Origin: Glaucostegus cemiculus
Taxonomy: Eukaryota
Length of the DNA stretch: 64,000 nt
Assembly (NCBI GenBank): GCA_976551045.1
Contig: CDPCPM010000022.1
Coordinates: 6,200,001 to 6,264,000 of the forward strand
Direction: 5' to 3'
Position numbers and translations under genes: made by a program. The notes under the pieces are model-generated. The model did not search any database. It had not been told where the DNA came from and was given only the letters and a program-made list of their open reading frames with translations. This document shows positions 61,473 through 64,000 of the stretch, piece after piece (the stretch's first letter is position 1; the number at the start of each line of letters is the position of its first letter).

Positions 61473-63689
61473 AATAAAGTAGTTTGAAAAGATTGACAGA
61501 GAATACAAACCATGCAAGTACTGAGCAGGGACAATGTGAATGGAAGTGCCTGGAAGGGCACGATGTCCTGGAGAGAATTGGAACACCTGATTTCCTGCAG
61601 GTGCTCATTGAAAGGAGCAGACAGAGTTAGCATGCTCATGGAGGCGTAATTGGAGCAGGCCACCCAGGTAACAGACGTCTTGGATGTTTGAAGCTGATTA
61701 AAAGGGAGCAGAATGAGAGGAGACAGAAATAAGGCAGTGCAGTAAACCAATGGTTCTTGAGTGACCCTGATGTTCTTTCAGGAAGCCGGGAGCCTGTTTT
61801 GACTGCTTTTGATAGCTTTTAAAGTCCACAGATTTGAAACTGGCCAACTGTTTAATTTTAAATCTTTTAAATGCATTTGTGGCTGAAGTCTGCTTGGTAT
61901 GCATGCTCTCTTTTTTCAAGTGGTTTGACAAGCAGGGTGCTGCTACTGAAGATGTAGAGAAGCAGCGGACAGTGTACCCTGCATGAGGCAGAAAATATCA
62001 GAAACAGCGGGACACAAAGCGCAGCAGAAAAAAGCAAACAAAAAATGAATTCCAACTTTGCTACAAATACAGTGCTGAAAAGGTTTATTGACCTTGTAAA
62101 GACAGATAACCTAAGGCACTGGGTAACTCGGTTCCTTGATCAGAATTTGATCTGAGCGCTTTTTAATATTCCCAAAATTCTTAAAATCTCACCTTCAGCA
62201 TGCACCCTGTAAACCATTCCTCCAAGTCTGTTTCTATTGCCACTTACTGACTTAGCATGCCAGCAAAAATTCCACAATCCAGGTGTATCTGTAACTGCAT
62301 GAAGTCCTCAGCCTCCCCTTCGAAATGGGCTTTTACGGTGTCACTTTATGGTATGGTATAACTTTCCATCACATCTTACTTCTTTCCAGTAACTACAGGA
62401 GTAGGGGGCTCCACTGGACATCCTGAAGGTGAGTGTCATCTCATTCCAGCGATGTCAATTCATAAAAACTGTGGCAGATCGAGCAGGAAATAAGAAAATC
62501 CCAGCAACAATCCAAAACAGTTTTGAAAATACCTGTCATACCTGCTGTGGATGACAGGTTAGTGTGACTATTTCATTTCCTCTTTGTCCCTCTCTCCTCT
62601 GTTTCCCTTTTGTTGGATGTTCTCAGACTTCACAAGCTGGAGCATTCAAGAACTTGACTGAAAACTAACCAACCAGTGTGACTACACGTCTGTCAGCTTT
62701 TCGCTGCTTTACTTCCCCTGTCCAATCACCAACACAAGAACAGCCATTCTGGAAGTAAGAAGGTGGAAGGTGGAGGGCGGTGTGTGGTGAGTCATGCAAC
62801 AAAGACAGGTGGAAGCAGGACTAGAAGGAGGAGAAATGCCCAATCCATTCTAAGAGAGAAAGATCACTTGTCACCTATAATGTTAAAGACAAGGACCAGA
62901 TCTGTGGCATAAATTTTAGGAGAAAGTTGCTTTCTAAGAACTGTATGATTTCTGCTGTAGCTGTCTAGAAGACACCAACCAGTCCAAAAGGCACCAGCCA
63001 TTCACAGAGATATTCAACATTCAGTCAAGAACAATGATGAAGATCAGCTTGCAGAACCTGCAGGTGACCTTGAATGGCAGCAATACCATGGCTATCTACA
63101 TAGAACCTCCCCACTCCATCAGACAAAACCAGTCATCAGGCCTTTGGTTTCACTACCACTGCATTCTTAGAGATGATCACCAATGTGCTTACCTAATATA
63201 AGAAAGGAAATGGGATTGGATTCCATAATGGCATTGAAACTATAATGCAAATACAAATCAGAGGCCAAGATGATGTGAGGAGTCCAGACAGGTTTACAAT
63301 AGATATGACTAGAGAAGGAGACACTATTTTACATGGAAAGCAGCACTTCCACACACACTGTTCCTCCATCAAGTGCTCTTGCATTCCCCACAGCCACTCC
63401 TGGCCTACCATTACAATTTAATTTAAAATATTATTACGAATTAAATATTTCTACATTACTTGTGGAACTTCTAAGATCACCTCTCAGCTGTTTCTGACCT
63501 TTCTTCATAATTCAGACCCCAACATCAGGAAACAACTTTGCACTTCTGTTCTATACTGACTGCACCATTTGAATACCTCCATTATTTATTGGTGATCACA
63601 ACTAGACACCACATTGAAAGTATAATTTCACCAGAACATTAAGCGTATTGATCACAACGTGTATGTTATGCTTTGCTTATTTAGTTTAA

Positions 63690-63950
63690 CTTTATTTGAT
63701 GCGATGCATTAATTATGTTGATCATTATAATATTAATCTTTGACAGATTTGATCCTTTGATTAGAGCACGACATGTAAATTGCAGTGTAACAAAATTATG
63801 GGCTTCTTCATTAGGCAGTATTCAGTAGTCTGTCGGAATTGCTTTGATAAATATCGCACATCTCTGCAAGATAGTACACCACCGGCATGAAGTGCTCAAG
63901 GTTTCAGTAATGTCTCAGCAGACAGGAAATGAGAGAGTTTAAAACATGCA
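63690..63950. promoter_or_regulatory. Candidate conserved non-coding element (enhancer)
   Basis: TE-free with several retained CpGs. Motifs: TGACAG (63741), CCTTTGAT (63754), ATGTAAAT (63773), CTTTGATAA (63842), CAGGAA (63923), multiple TAAT. Confidence 0.45.
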
Positions 63951-64000
63951 ATTGTCCAGCCCCCATGTACACTATTCTCACCAGTATAAGTATTCCCATA

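Noticed and set aside
1-64000. Most short ORFs (60-130 aa) in the six-frame track
   Set aside because: Low-complexity or random composition, no splice context, or antisense and alternative frames of TE fragments.
1-64000. CRISPR arrays, operons, rRNA or prokaryotic defence systems
   Set aside because: No repeat-spacer arrays or gene-dense regions; the DNA is clearly vertebrate intronic sequence.

Overview
Vertebrate, AT-rich, mostly non-coding DNA. The repeat content points to a cartilaginous fish (elasmobranch); this is inferred from HE1-type V-SINEs, many CR1/HER1-type LINE tails, a DeuSINE and Penelope remnants. No prokaryotic features (operons, CRISPR, rRNA) are present. The window reads as large introns of one gene on the minus strand. 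I found one convincing 87-nt, phase 0-0 coding exon (33275-33361, NPDTIPFPGNFIENKQLEVNTAFAVLFNK) and could not identify the gene. The rest is layered retroelement debris: CR1, Rex1/Babar, RTE, L2, Tx1/L1, Penelope-like elements, SINEs and a solo LTR with a 4-bp TSD. Between these lie several TE-free, motif-dense blocks that look like conserved enhancers. Most notable observations: (i) a ~600-bp non-autonomous retroelement with a YY1-motif head, a GC-rich VNTR and a Rex1/Babar-type tail (SVA-like architecture); (ii) a nearly intact minimal hammerhead ribozyme in a Penelope end, next to a twin-priming-like inversion; (iii) a young Rex LINE whose 5' junction forms a splice acceptor in frame with a 460-codon open RT frame, on the host gene's strand and in its phase; (iv) a perfect 27-nt template-switch inversion. 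Element boundaries were read by eye and are approximate unless stated as exact. Family names come from recalled motifs, not database searches.
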